Assembly: GCA_964628275.1 (NCBI GenBank)
Contig: CAZVOI010000304.1
Location: forward strand, 2,892-66,891
DNA length: 64,000 bases
From: an uncultured Acidobacteriota bacterium
GTDB taxonomy: Bacteria; Acidobacteriota; Vicinamibacteria; Fen-336
Direction of reading: 5' to 3'
A program made the translations under genes and the position numbers. This document shows, in pieces, positions 25,199 to 33,985 of the stretch. Every line of letters starts with the position of its first letter. Position 1 is the first letter of the stretch. The notes under the pieces are model-generated. The model was not told the origin of the DNA. It saw nothing but the letters and a program-made list of their open reading frames with translations, and did no database searches.

Positions 25199-26427
25199 GC
25201 GAGTTTCAGCGCCGCCACGGGATCCAGCAGCGACGCCCGGCGGGCCGGGAAGTAGCCGGCGACGAGGCCGATCACGCCCAAGAGAGCCGCCGTCACCAGG
25301 ATCGCGAGCGGCGAGGCCACGGGCGTGCCGACGTACTGGTCGAGCGACGCAGGGAAGACCGCCAGCCCCAAGAGCGTGATCAGGAAGCCGAGCGCGCCAC
25401 CGATCGCCGTCAACAGCAGCGTTTCCATCAGGAACTGGGCCTGGATGAAGCGGGGCTTGGCGCCGACGGCCAGCTTGACGCCGATCTCGCGGGTCCGCTC
25501 CTCGACCACCACGTACATGATGTTGGAGACGCCGATGCCGCCCACGATCAGCGTGAAAGAGCCGATCACCGCCAGGAAGGCGCGGAACGTGCCGAAGAAG
25601 ACCGCGAAGAACTTCTCCTGCTCGGTCGTGTCCCAGGTGCCGATGGCTTCCTTGTCGTTCGGATCGAACTTGTGGCGCTCCGCCAGCACCTCGAACATGC
25701 GTCGTGTGACGATCGGAACCTGGGACGCGTTGCCCTTGGGCTGGAAGATGAAGTTGCTGACGTAGCGCTGGGTGAAGAGGCCACGGTAGGTGGATTCCGG
25801 CATGAAAGCCTTGTCCTGGTCGCGGCCGCTGTAGCTACTGTCCTGGGCCTTCGGTTCCATCACGCCGATCACCAAGAAGGGCACGTTGTCGACCATCAGC
25901 GTCTTGCCGACGGCTGCCTCGTCACCAAAGAGGTCTTGCTTGAGCTTGTCGCCCAGAAACAGGACGCGGCGCTTGCGGTCGACGTCGAGATCGTTCACAT
26001 AACGGCCCCCGCTCGCCGGGATGAGGTTGCGCATCACGGCGAAAGCCGGGCTCGTGGCCGAGATGCCCGGCGAGAGCCGGACCCGCTCGCGGCGGAAGGA
26101 ACTCTTGCCGCGCTCGTACTCGGCCGAGAAGCTGGCCTCGGGAATCTCGCGCCGCAAGGCCTCGAGATCGTCCTCGCTGACACGGATCCGCCGGCCCTTG
26201 CCGAGGCCTTGGAAGGGCAGCGCGGTGCGGCCGGGCCAGCAGATCACGATGTTCTCGCCGAGGCCGCGCTGGTTCTTGACGATCCGCTTCTGCAGGCCTT
26301 CGCCGAACGACACCAGGAGCGCGACCGACACCGTGCCCCAGGTGATGCCGAACAGCGTCAGAAGCGTGCGCATCTTCTGATGCCGCACGTCGTGCAGCAT
26401 CTGGCGCAGGAAGGAGAAGGCCGTCAC
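25195..26427 (-). CDS. ABC transporter permease, FtsX/MacB type (paralog of the downstream gene)
   Basis: 410 aa. Same architecture, with ERTREIGVKLAVGA. 4-nt overlap with the next gene. Confidence 0.85.
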   Translation of the reverse strand: MTAFSFLRQMLHDVRHQKMRTLLTLFGITWGTVSVALLVSFGEGLQKRIVKNQRGLGENIVICWPGRTALPFQGLGKGRRIRVSEDDLEALRREIPEASFSAEYERGKSSFRRERVRLSPGISATSPAFAVMRNLIPASGGRYVNDLDVDRKRRVLFLGDKLKQDLFGDEAAVGKTLMVDNVPFLVIGVMEPKAQDSSYSGRDQDKAFMPESTYRGLFTQRYVSNFIFQPKGNASQVPIVTRRMFEVLAERHKFDPNDKEAIGTWDTTEQEKFFAVFFGTFRAFLAVIGSFTLIVGGIGVSNIMYVVVEERTREIGVKLAVGAKPRFIQAQFLMETLLLTAIGGALGFLITLLGLAVFPASLDQYVGTPVASPLAILVTAALLGVIGLVAGYFPARRASLLDPVAALKLA

Positions 26428-26432
26428 GGCGG

Positions 26433-27524
26433 CTACTCGATCTTCTTCGGCGGCCGCTCGACGACGGCGTCCTTTTCCTCGAGGCCGGCCACGATCTCGA
26501 TCTGGATGCCGTCGGAGAGCCCGACTTTGACGTCCTTCTTGGCGGGCACCGCGTCGCCCAGGCCCGGCACTTCCACCGTGGCCTTGCCGCCGGCGAGCGT
26601 CACCAGCCGCTCGGGGAGCAGCAGCACGTCCTGCTTCTCGCGCACCACGATGTCGGCGTTGGCCGAGTAGCCGGCGCGCAGCGTCACATCTTTTCCGGGC
26701 AAGAGCTCGATCTCCACGTCGAAGAGGGTCGCGCCCTCGGCGACTTTCGACTTCGGCGCGATCTTGTAGACCTTGCCGTCTACCTTGGCGTCGGGAAGCG
26801 CGCCGACCTTGATCCGCGCCGGCATGGCCTCGCGCAGCTTGCCGACGTCGATCTCGTCGACGGTGCCCTTGAAGACCAACGTCGCCATGTCGGCGAGCGT
26901 CGTGAGCGCGGTGCCGGCTTGATACGACGTGAGCGGCACGACCGGGTCGCCCTCGTTCACCAGCAGCTCCAGCACCGTGCCGGCGATCGGCGCGCGAATG
27001 ATCGACTCGACGTTCAGGTGCTCGCTCTTCACGCGCCCCTTCTCGATCAGCGCCAGCTTCTCGGTCGAGAGGGTCAGGCGGATCTGGGCGTCCTGGATGT
27101 CCTTTTCGGCTTGCTCCCAGTCCTGGCTCGACACGATGCCCTGCGTCTTCAACGTCTTGTTCCGTTCATAGCGCTTGCTCGATTGATCGTGGACGTTCCT
27201 GGCGATCTCCACCTCGCGGCGCGCCTCGGTCAGCTCCAGCGGCGTCGGATCGGGCAGGATCTCGAACAGCGGATCGCCCGGACGCACGCGGTCGCCAACC
27301 TCGCGGAACGACCTCTTCACGATACCGGAGATCTTGCTCTTGACCTGGATTTCCTTCTTCGGCCGGATCGCGCCGACCGCCAGGGCCTTTTCCGTGACGC
27401 CGCCGCGGGTCACGAGCACGGTCTTCCAACCCGGATCCTTCGGATGGAGCGTCCGGCTGTAGACGGCGCCCGAAACGCCCGCGGCCAGCAAGGCGACCGC
27501 GGTCACGACCACACCCTTGCGCAT
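26433..27524 (-). CDS. Efflux periplasmic adaptor (HlyD/MacA family)
   Basis: The ATG at 27524 (MRKGVVVTAVALLAAG) is preceded by GAGGGGAG. Has lipoyl-like and coiled-coil hairpin regions (IRAPIAGTVLEL). Confidence 0.85.
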   Translation of the reverse strand: MRKGVVVTAVALLAAGVSGAVYSRTLHPKDPGWKTVLVTRGGVTEKALAVGAIRPKKEIQVKSKISGIVKRSFREVGDRVRPGDPLFEILPDPTPLELTEARREVEIARNVHDQSSKRYERNKTLKTQGIVSSQDWEQAEKDIQDAQIRLTLSTEKLALIEKGRVKSEHLNVESIIRAPIAGTVLELLVNEGDPVVPLTSYQAGTALTTLADMATLVFKGTVDEIDVGKLREAMPARIKVGALPDAKVDGKVYKIAPKSKVAEGATLFDVEIELLPGKDVTLRAGYSANADIVVREKQDVLLLPERLVTLAGGKATVEVPGLGDAVPAKKDVKVGLSDGIQIEIVAGLEEKDAVVERPPKKIE

Positions 27525-27596
27525 GAGTCTCCCCTCGGGTTGACACACGTATGACGTCTGAACCCGGGGCTGGGGTTCAGATAATTCGCGAGGGAA

Positions 27597-28391
27597 CTAC
27601 TTCCAGACGATTTGGTTGCGGTAGGCGTCCAAGTGATTGGACAAGATCTCGGCCTGGACGGACCAGGTCGTCGTGCTCTTGTCCCAGGTGCCGGAGATCT
27701 CGTAGAGCACCTCGTTCTGCCGGGACGCGACCTCGCGGGCCAGCGGCTGGACGGCCTCTCGGGTCTGCTTGCCGTTGAGCTTGGTCGTCAGCACGAGCTC
27801 CTTGATCTCGATCGTCCGTTTGCCCTCGTTGACGAAGGCGACGCGAATCTTGTACGTGTCGCCCGGTCTCACACGCTGCGGCGTCGAGCTGAACTCGATC
27901 CGGCCGTCGATCTCCGGAGCGCGCTTGACATGAACGTCCTTTCCCTTTTTCCCGTCGAATCCCGAGAGTGGCTTCGAGGCGCCGCCCTTCAGGTTCTCGG
28001 ACGAGGTGCGGCTCGCGACGAAGCTGCGCCGGATCATCGCCTGCGACGTGAGCGGGGGCGGCGCTCCCGAGGTCCCGCGCGGGCCACCCAGCGAGGCCTT
28101 GTCAGCCGGCTTGCTGGCCGTGGTTCGCTTGCCGGCCGCGGGTTGTGGAGCCGCCGGCTTCGCGCCGGCTCCCGTGGACCTCACGGGGGAAGGCGCGCCT
28201 TCGGCAGCGGCAGCGCCCGCGCCCGGCGCGGGAGTGGCCTCGGCTGCGCGGCTCGGCGACGGCAGCGAAGCCGGAGGCGGCGCTGAAGCGGGTTGCCGGT
28301 AGACGAGAAAGCCGACACCCAGCGCTAGCGCGACCGCGGCCGCCAACCCCCCGATCAGCGAAGCGTTCGAGCTTTTGGGAGTCCCAGACAA
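27597..28391 (-). CDS. Membrane-anchored hypothetical protein: N-terminal TM helix, Pro/Ala-rich linker, C-terminal beta-rich domain
   Basis: 264 aa, TTG start. TM helix LIGGLAAAVALALGVGFLVY. No motif recognised in the C-terminal 130 aa. Confidence 0.55.
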   Translation of the reverse strand: MSGTPKSSNASLIGGLAAAVALALGVGFLVYRQPASAPPPASLPSPSRAAEATPAPGAGAAAAEGAPSPVRSTGAGAKPAAPQPAAGKRTTASKPADKASLGGPRGTSGAPPPLTSQAMIRRSFVASRTSSENLKGGASKPLSGFDGKKGKDVHVKRAPEIDGRIEFSSTPQRVRPGDTYKIRVAFVNEGKRTIEIKELVLTTKLNGKQTREAVQPLAREVASRQNEVLYEISGTWDKSTTTWSVQAEILSNHLDAYRNQIVWK

Positions 28392-28422
28392 TGGCTCACC
28401 CGAGTAGGCGGATTGTAGACCG

Positions 28423-30240
28423 TCAAGCCACGGGCACGGGCGGTACGACCTTCAAGTAGCGGGGCGACGTCCCGAGATGCTTCCACTTCTCGGGGAGAGC
28501 GTAGGAGGGATTGGGCGCTTCTTCGCAGACGCCGCAGCGGATGCAACCCTGGATCTCGGGGCAGTGCGGAGAGGCGCGCTCGGCGCGGCTCTTGTCCAGC
28601 TCGCGCAGGTAGTAGGCCTTGCTGACGCCGTTGTCGATGAGATCCCAGGGCAGGACCTCCTCGCGGCCCTTCTCGCGGAAGAGATAGAAGCCCGAGTCGA
28701 GACCGGCCGCCTTCATGCCCCGCTTCAGGTCGACGCCTTCCACCGCGGCAATCTCGAGCGCATCCGCCACGCGCCGGTCGGCCAAGGCCAGGATCGACTG
28801 CGCGACGCCGGAGCGCGCGCTCTTGCAGACGGCGTCCACGTTGGGCAAGCGCCCGAACGCCTTGCGCAGGTACTGGAGCTTCGCGTCGGTGCCCTTCGGG
28901 TCCTCCATCGGCAGCCACTGGTAGGGCGTGCCGGGCTTCGGCACGAACGGGTTGACCGACGGGTGCAGCCGGCCGATACGCCCGCGACCGCGCGCGACCT
29001 TGAGCATTCGCTCGCGAATTGCCGCGGTGAGCGTGACGATCGCCTCGACGTCGGTGTGCTCCTCCCACGGCAAGCCGACCATGTAATAGAGCTTCAGGTT
29101 CTCGATGCCGTTCTCGAAGATCCACTCCGCCTTGTCGAGGATCTCGGCGTTCGTGAACTGCTTGTTCAGGATCTTGCGCATCCGGTCGCTGCCGCACTCG
29201 GGCGCCAGTGTCAGTCCCTGCACGCCAGTGTCGGCCAGCTTGAAGACGAACTCCGGCGTCAGATCGTCGAGCCGCAGCGACGCGACCGAGACCTCGTAGT
29301 CGAGCGCTGCCAGGTCGTCGACGATCTCGTTGATCTCGGGGTGGTCGCAAACGGCGGTCGAGACGAGGCCGATCTTGTTGGTGTGAGCGCGCACCTCGCG
29401 CGCCCGGTCCACGATCTTGGCCCGAGAGAAGCCGCGCACCGGAAGATAGTTGTAGCCGGCCCAGCAAAAGCGGCACATGCACGGGCAGCCGCGCGAGATC
29501 TCGACCATGAACTTCATCGACATCTCGGTGTGCGGCGTCAGGATCGTGGTCTGCGGCAGCCCCATCGTCTCGGGCCAGCCGCGCTGCCGCAGCACGCTGC
29601 CCGGACCGTCGTAGCGATCGACGGTGCCGTCCGCGTGATAACGCACCTCGTAGCGAGATGGCACGTAGAAGCCGTCTTTCTCTTTCAATGTCGCGATCGC
29701 GGCGCGCGCGTCGCTTCCGCCGAGAAGCGCCTCGGTCAGCCGCGGCACCAGCGTCTCGCCTTCGCCCACCGCGATCACGTCGGCGAACGGCGCCAGCGGC
29801 TCGGGGTTCAGGAACATCGCCGCGCCGCCCAGGATCACCAGCGGATCACGCGCGCCTCGGTGCTTGGCGCGGAGCGGCACTCCGGCGAGCTTCAACATCT
29901 GCAAGACATGCAGATAGTCGTTCTCGAACGAGATCGAAAACGCGATCGCGTCGAAGCGGCCCAGGTCGGCGCCGGTATCGAAGCTCAGGAGGCGTGCGCC
30001 GCTCCTCTCGAGGTCGTCCTTGTCGATGTCGTCGGGCAGGAATGCTCGCTCGCAGACGACTCCTGGCTGGTCGTTGAGGAGCGCGTGCACGCCCTGGAAG
30101 CCGAGGTTGGACATCCCGACGAAGTACAGGTTGGGATAACAAAGCGCGATCCGGAAGGCGCCAGTCGTCTTGGGCTCGCGCAGCCAGAGCTCCGCCGGAC
30201 GGAGTCTTTCGTGGCGTTCCTGGAGGAGGCGACGGCTCAT
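28423..30240 (-). CDS. Radical SAM protein of the TIGR03960-like family, with a C-terminal extra Cys cluster
   Basis: 605 aa. Family-typical N-terminus IALCYPNLYFVGMSNLGFQGVHALLN. Radical SAM motif RGCPCMCRFCWAG (CxxxCxxC). C-terminal CPEIQGCIRCGVC. Confidence 0.85.
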   Translation of the reverse strand: MSRRLLQERHERLRPAELWLREPKTTGAFRIALCYPNLYFVGMSNLGFQGVHALLNDQPGVVCERAFLPDDIDKDDLERSGARLLSFDTGADLGRFDAIAFSISFENDYLHVLQMLKLAGVPLRAKHRGARDPLVILGGAAMFLNPEPLAPFADVIAVGEGETLVPRLTEALLGGSDARAAIATLKEKDGFYVPSRYEVRYHADGTVDRYDGPGSVLRQRGWPETMGLPQTTILTPHTEMSMKFMVEISRGCPCMCRFCWAGYNYLPVRGFSRAKIVDRAREVRAHTNKIGLVSTAVCDHPEINEIVDDLAALDYEVSVASLRLDDLTPEFVFKLADTGVQGLTLAPECGSDRMRKILNKQFTNAEILDKAEWIFENGIENLKLYYMVGLPWEEHTDVEAIVTLTAAIRERMLKVARGRGRIGRLHPSVNPFVPKPGTPYQWLPMEDPKGTDAKLQYLRKAFGRLPNVDAVCKSARSGVAQSILALADRRVADALEIAAVEGVDLKRGMKAAGLDSGFYLFREKGREEVLPWDLIDNGVSKAYYLRELDKSRAERASPHCPEIQGCIRCGVCEEAPNPSYALPEKWKHLGTSPRYLKVVPPVPVA

Positions 30241-30244
30241 TCGT

Positions 30245-30271
30245 GATTCGCCGCGTCAGTCGCGGCGAATC
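30245..30271 (-). other. Perfect 11-bp GC-rich stem-loop in the ftsZ / radical SAM spacer
   Basis: On the mRNA strand: GATTCGCCGCG-ACTGA-CGCGGCGAATC, then ACGA and the ATG at 30240. There is no U-tract. Confidence 0.5.
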
Positions 30272-30289
30272 GTCATTCTAGCCGGTCGG

Positions 30290-31486
30290 CTACTCGTTCG
30301 TTCCTTGCTTGCGGAGAAACGCCGGCACGTCCAGGTCGAAGCGGCCGCCGGTGCCGGTAGCCGCCTTGGGGTTCGGCGTCTTGCGATAGAAGCCGCCGGC
30401 CTCAGCCGCCGTCAGCTGAGAGGGCGCCGTGACCGCGTTGGGGCCGACGTAGTTGCCGAGATCGACCGGCGTCGACGCGACCTTGCGGCTGCCGCGGGTG
30501 AAGCCGGTCGCGATCACGGTGACCTTGACCGCCTGCCCCATCGAATCGTCGGTGACGATCCCGTAGATCACGTTGGCGTCGGGGTCGGCGGCCTTGGTGA
30601 TGAGAGCGGTGGCTTCGGCGGCTTCGGCCAGCGAGAGATCGGGACCGCCGGTGATGTTCACGATGATGCCGCGCGCGCCTTCGATCGAGCTGTCTTCGAG
30701 CAGCGGGTTGGAGATCGCGCGCTGCGCCGCGTCCACCGCGCGGTTTTCGCCTTCGCCCATACCCGTGCCCATCACCGCCGCGCCCATGCCCTTCATGACC
30801 GCGCGCACGTCCGCGAAGTCGAGGTTGATCTGGCCGGGGATCGTGATGATGTCGCTGATGCCTTGCACGGCTTGCCGCAGCACGTCGTCGGCGACACGAA
30901 ACGCCTCGGACACGGGGGTGTTGCGGGCGACGGTCTGGAGTAGCCGGTCGTTGGGTATCGCGATCACCGAATCGACGCACTCCTTGAGCTGGGCCAGGCC
31001 CTCTAGCGCCTGGCTCATGCGTCTCTTGCCTTCGAGACTGAACGGCAGCGTGACGACAGCGACGGTCAGCACGCTGCCACTATCGCCGCCGAGCTGGCTC
31101 GCGATCGACGCCACGACAGGCGCGGCGCCAGTTCCGGTGCCGCCGCCGAGACCGGCGGTGATGAACACCATGTCGGAGCCCTCGAGCGCATCGCAGATCT
31201 TCTCGGTGTCTTCGACCGCCGCTTGCCGCCCCAAGTCGGGATTGGCGCCGGCCCCGAGGCCCTTGGTGAGCTTGCCGCCGATCTGGATCTTCACGGGCGC
31301 TCGGTTGGCGCGCAACGCCTGCAGATCGGAGTTGACGGCGATGAACTCGACGCCCTGCACGCCGGAGGCGATCATCCGCGAGAGCGCGTTCCCGCCACCG
31401 CCGCCGACACCCACCACTTTGATGTGGGCGCCGCGAGTCTCGTCGTCCGCGAAGGCGATCCGAGGCCCTTGGTTCGATTGGTTCAT
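30290..31486 (-). CDS. ftsZ: Cell division GTPase FtsZ
   Basis: Motifs [30 protein letters not shown]-terminal peptide [18 protein letters not shown]. Confidence 0.97.
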   Translation of the reverse strand: MNQSNQGPRIAFADDETRGAHIKVVGVGGGGGNALSRMIASGVQGVEFIAVNSDLQALRANRAPVKIQIGGKLTKGLGAGANPDLGRQAAVEDTEKICDALEGSDMVFITAGLGGGTGTGAAPVVASIASQLGGDSGSVLTVAVVTLPFSLEGKRRMSQALEGLAQLKECVDSVIAIPNDRLLQTVARNTPVSEAFRVADDVLRQAVQGISDIITIPGQINLDFADVRAVMKGMGAAVMGTGMGEGENRAVDAAQRAISNPLLEDSSIEGARGIIVNITGGPDLSLAEAAEATALITKAADPDANVIYGIVTDDSMGQAVKVTVIATGFTRGSRKVASTPVDLGNYVGPNAVTAPSQLTAAEAGGFYRKTPNPKAATGTGGRFDLDVPAFLRKQGTNE

Positions 31487-31501
31487 TTGGAGGCTCCTAA
31501 A

Positions 31502-31708
31502 CTATATCCCTTCCGAACAGCCGGTCATGAAGCCGCATTTCAGGCAAATGCGCTTGCAGTGGTGGGCGATCACGGCGCTGCCGCACATCTCGCAACGCGG
31601 GTCTCCGGCCTCACGCAGATGGCGCGCCTTTCGCCCCGCGGCCTCGCGAGCCGAGTGACGGATGAACGGCATCTGCGGCAAGGCCGGCCCCTCGTCTTTG
31701 GTCTCCAT
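31502..31708 (-). CDS. Small (68 aa) Cys-rich zinc-ribbon protein encoded between ftsA and ftsZ
   Basis: The ORF fills the 234-nt ftsA-ftsZ gap. SD GAGGGAG lies 6 nt upstream of the ATG. Sequence ...GDPRCEMCGSAVIAHHCKRICLKCGFMTGCSEGI has 6 Cys and 2 His. Third-position G/C bias resembles its neighbours. Confidence 0.6.
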   Translation of the reverse strand: METKDEGPALPQMPFIRHSAREAAGRKARHLREAGDPRCEMCGSAVIAHHCKRICLKCGFMTGCSEGI

Positions 31709-31720
31709 TCAGGCTCCCTC

Positions 31721-32974
31721 TCAGAAGAAGTCCGACAGCAGCGTCTTCAAACGTCCTGCGACACGACCGAAGGTTCCCGTCCCCTGCGCGCGCGCGGCGT
31801 CGCTGCCAGCCCCGAGGCCGAGTCGATTCCGATAGCCGCACAGCACCAGCCCGACGGCCGTCGAGTAGACCGGGCTCGCCACCACGTCCACCAGGCCGCC
31901 GATACCGCTCGGCGTGCCGCGACGCACTTGCATGTCGAAGATCTGTTCGGCTATCTCGGGCAAGCCTTCGAGGATGCCGCCGCCGCCGGTCAGCACGACG
32001 CCGCTGTTGAGGTTTCGATCGAAGCCGGCGCGCCGGATTTCGGTCAGCACGAGCTGGCAGATCTCCTCGGCACGCGCCTGGATCACGTCGCCCAGCACCT
32101 GGCGCGCCATGATGCGCGGCTTCCTCCCGCCGACGCTGGGCACCTCGATCGAGTCCTCTTCGGGAATCATCGAGGTCAGGGCGCAGCCATGCTTCTTCTT
32201 GATCTTCTCGGCTTCGCCCACCGGCGTCCGCAGCGCGACCGCGATATCGTTCGTAAAGTGCTCGCCGCCGACCTGCAGCACAGCGGTGTGCCACAGCGAG
32301 CCCTTCTCGAAGATCGCGAGGTCGGTGGTGCCGCCGCCGATGTCGACGATCGCGACGCCCAGCTCCTTCTCGTCGGGCGTCAGGCACGCCTCCGAGGCCG
32401 CGAGCTGGGTGAGCACGGTGTCGATCACCTCGAGGCCGGCACGATTCACGCAGGTCACCGTGTTCTGGGCCGAGGTCTGCGAGCAGGTCACCACGTGCAC
32501 GTTGACCTCGAGCCGGGTGCCGGTCATGCCAGTGGGATCGCCGATGCCGTCCTGGTCGTCGACCACGAACTCTTGCGGCAACACGTGAAGGATCGAGCGG
32601 TCCATCGGGATCGAGACGGCCTTGGCCGCGTCGATCGAGCGCCGGATGTCATCGCGATCGATCGCGCGGTTCTTGCTCGCGACCGCGACCACGCCGCGCG
32701 AGTTGAAGCTGCGGATGTGCGTGCCCGCGATGCCGACGTAGGCCGAGCCGATCTCGACACCGGCCATCAGCTCGGCCTCCTCGACTACGCGCTTGATCGA
32801 GTCGATCGTCGCCTCGAGGTTGATCACGACGCCCTTGCGCAACCCCTTCGACTCGGTCTGGCCGATGCCGATGATGTCGAGGCGGCCCTCTTCGGTGATC
32901 TCGGCGACGATCGCGCACACCTTCTGCGTGCCGACGTCGAGCCCGACGATGTAGCGGTCTTTCTTCTTGGCCAC
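31721..32974 (-). CDS. ftsA: Cell division protein FtsA (actin-like ATPase)
   Basis: 417 aa. Motifs IVGLDVGTQKVCAIVAE, VDIGGGTTDLAIF, VLTGGGGILEGL. Confidence 0.95.
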   Translation of the reverse strand: MAKKKDRYIVGLDVGTQKVCAIVAEITEEGRLDIIGIGQTESKGLRKGVVINLEATIDSIKRVVEEAELMAGVEIGSAYVGIAGTHIRSFNSRGVVAVASKNRAIDRDDIRRSIDAAKAVSIPMDRSILHVLPQEFVVDDQDGIGDPTGMTGTRLEVNVHVVTCSQTSAQNTVTCVNRAGLEVIDTVLTQLAASEACLTPDEKELGVAIVDIGGGTTDLAIFEKGSLWHTAVLQVGGEHFTNDIAVALRTPVGEAEKIKKKHGCALTSMIPEEDSIEVPSVGGRKPRIMARQVLGDVIQARAEEICQLVLTEIRRAGFDRNLNSGVVLTGGGGILEGLPEIAEQIFDMQVRRGTPSGIGGLVDVVASPVYSTAVGLVLCGYRNRLGLGAGSDAARAQGTGTFGRVAGRLKTLLSDFF

Positions 32975-32992
32975 TCTTACCTCGCGCCTTTC

Positions 32993-33985
32993 CTATCCAT
33001 GCGTGGTTTCGATCCCGGGCAAGGTTCCTTGCGGCTTCGGCGGCGGCACGAGCTCGGGAGCCTGGGCGGGCGGATCCGGCTTCTTGATCTCGGTCTTCAG
33101 CTCGGCGCTCTTCGGTTCCGGTTTGGCGAGCGGCTCTTTGGCATAGATGCGGTCCCGGAAGCGCAGGTCGAAGTACTCGGCGTTCGGGCAGCGCTCGACC
33201 AGGTCCTGGCGCAGCGCCAGGAACGTGAGGAACTTCTTTCGATACGGCGGCGCGCCGAGCCGCAGCACCTCCCCCGGCCCGCGCATCACGATGCGCAGGT
33301 CGCCCGAGTCCTCGACCTTGACCTCGGAGAGCGCCTGAGCGTAGTCGCCGAGATCCCGCAGCAGCACGCCGGCGCGCTCGGCACGGTCGCGCCGCGCGTC
33401 GCCGTCGTAGCCGGCGAGGCCGCGCACGATCGGCAGATCGAAGCTCGCGGTGCGCGGGCCGAAGACGTCGATCAGCGTGCCGTCGCCGTCCATCAGATAC
33501 AGCCGATCGACCTCGGCGAGCGCCAGCGGCACGCGCTCCTTGATCTCCACGTGCAGCGTGTCGGGCAGGCTGCGCCTCAGCGTGGCGTCGGCCACCCATG
33601 TTGAGCCGCGCAGCCGTCGTTTCAGCTGGTCGAGATCGACGGTCAGGATGTTTTCGCCGAGCGCCGGCCCCATCAGCTGGCGCACCTCGCCTTCGGAAAG
33701 GAAGCGTTGGCCGCGCACCAGCAGCCGGGTGACCTTCAGCTTCTCGCTCGCCATCACGCGCGCGTAGCCGGTCCAAAGGGCGCTCACCAGCAGCGCGCCC
33801 AGCGCGCCCAGCTGCAGCGCCAGCAGGACGCGACCTAGTACGCCGCGGCGGGCTCGCTTGGTGCGGGTCCGGCTCTTGGGCCGAAAGAACGGCGCCTCCT
33901 CTGCGCCCGCCGGTTGCACATCCTCGATCGGACGCGGCGGCAGCGCCAGGCGCAGTTGCGGCTTGCCGGTGCGGGTTTCGGGCAT
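32993..33985 (-). CDS. ftsQ: Cell division protein FtsQ (POTRA domain)
   Basis: Basic N-terminus, TM helix VLLALQLGALGALLVSALW, POTRA stretch KVTRLLVRGQRFLSEGEVRQL. The ATG at 33985 overlaps the murC TGA. The track start at 33988 is a TTG one codon upstream. Confidence 0.85.
   Translation of the reverse strand: MPETRTGKPQLRLALPPRPIEDVQPAGAEEAPFFRPKSRTRTKRARRGVLGRVLLALQLGALGALLVSALWTGYARVMASEKLKVTRLLVRGQRFLSEGEVRQLMGPALGENILTVDLDQLKRRLRGSTWVADATLRRSLPDTLHVEIKERVPLALAEVDRLYLMDGDGTLIDVFGPRTASFDLPIVRGLAGYDGDARRDRAERAGVLLRDLGDYAQALSEVKVEDSGDLRIVMRGPGEVLRLGAPPYRKKFLTFLALRQDLVERCPNAEYFDLRFRDRIYAKEPLAKPEPKSAELKTEIKKPDPPAQAPELVPPPKPQGTLPGIETTHG

Noticed and set aside
27558-27580. 8-bp hairpin CTGAACCC-N7-GGGTTCAG between the 27597 gene and the macA-like gene.
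   Set aside because: The inverted repeat is real, but there is no U-tract and the stem is modest. It could be a weak terminator or nothing, so there is not enough support to annotate it.
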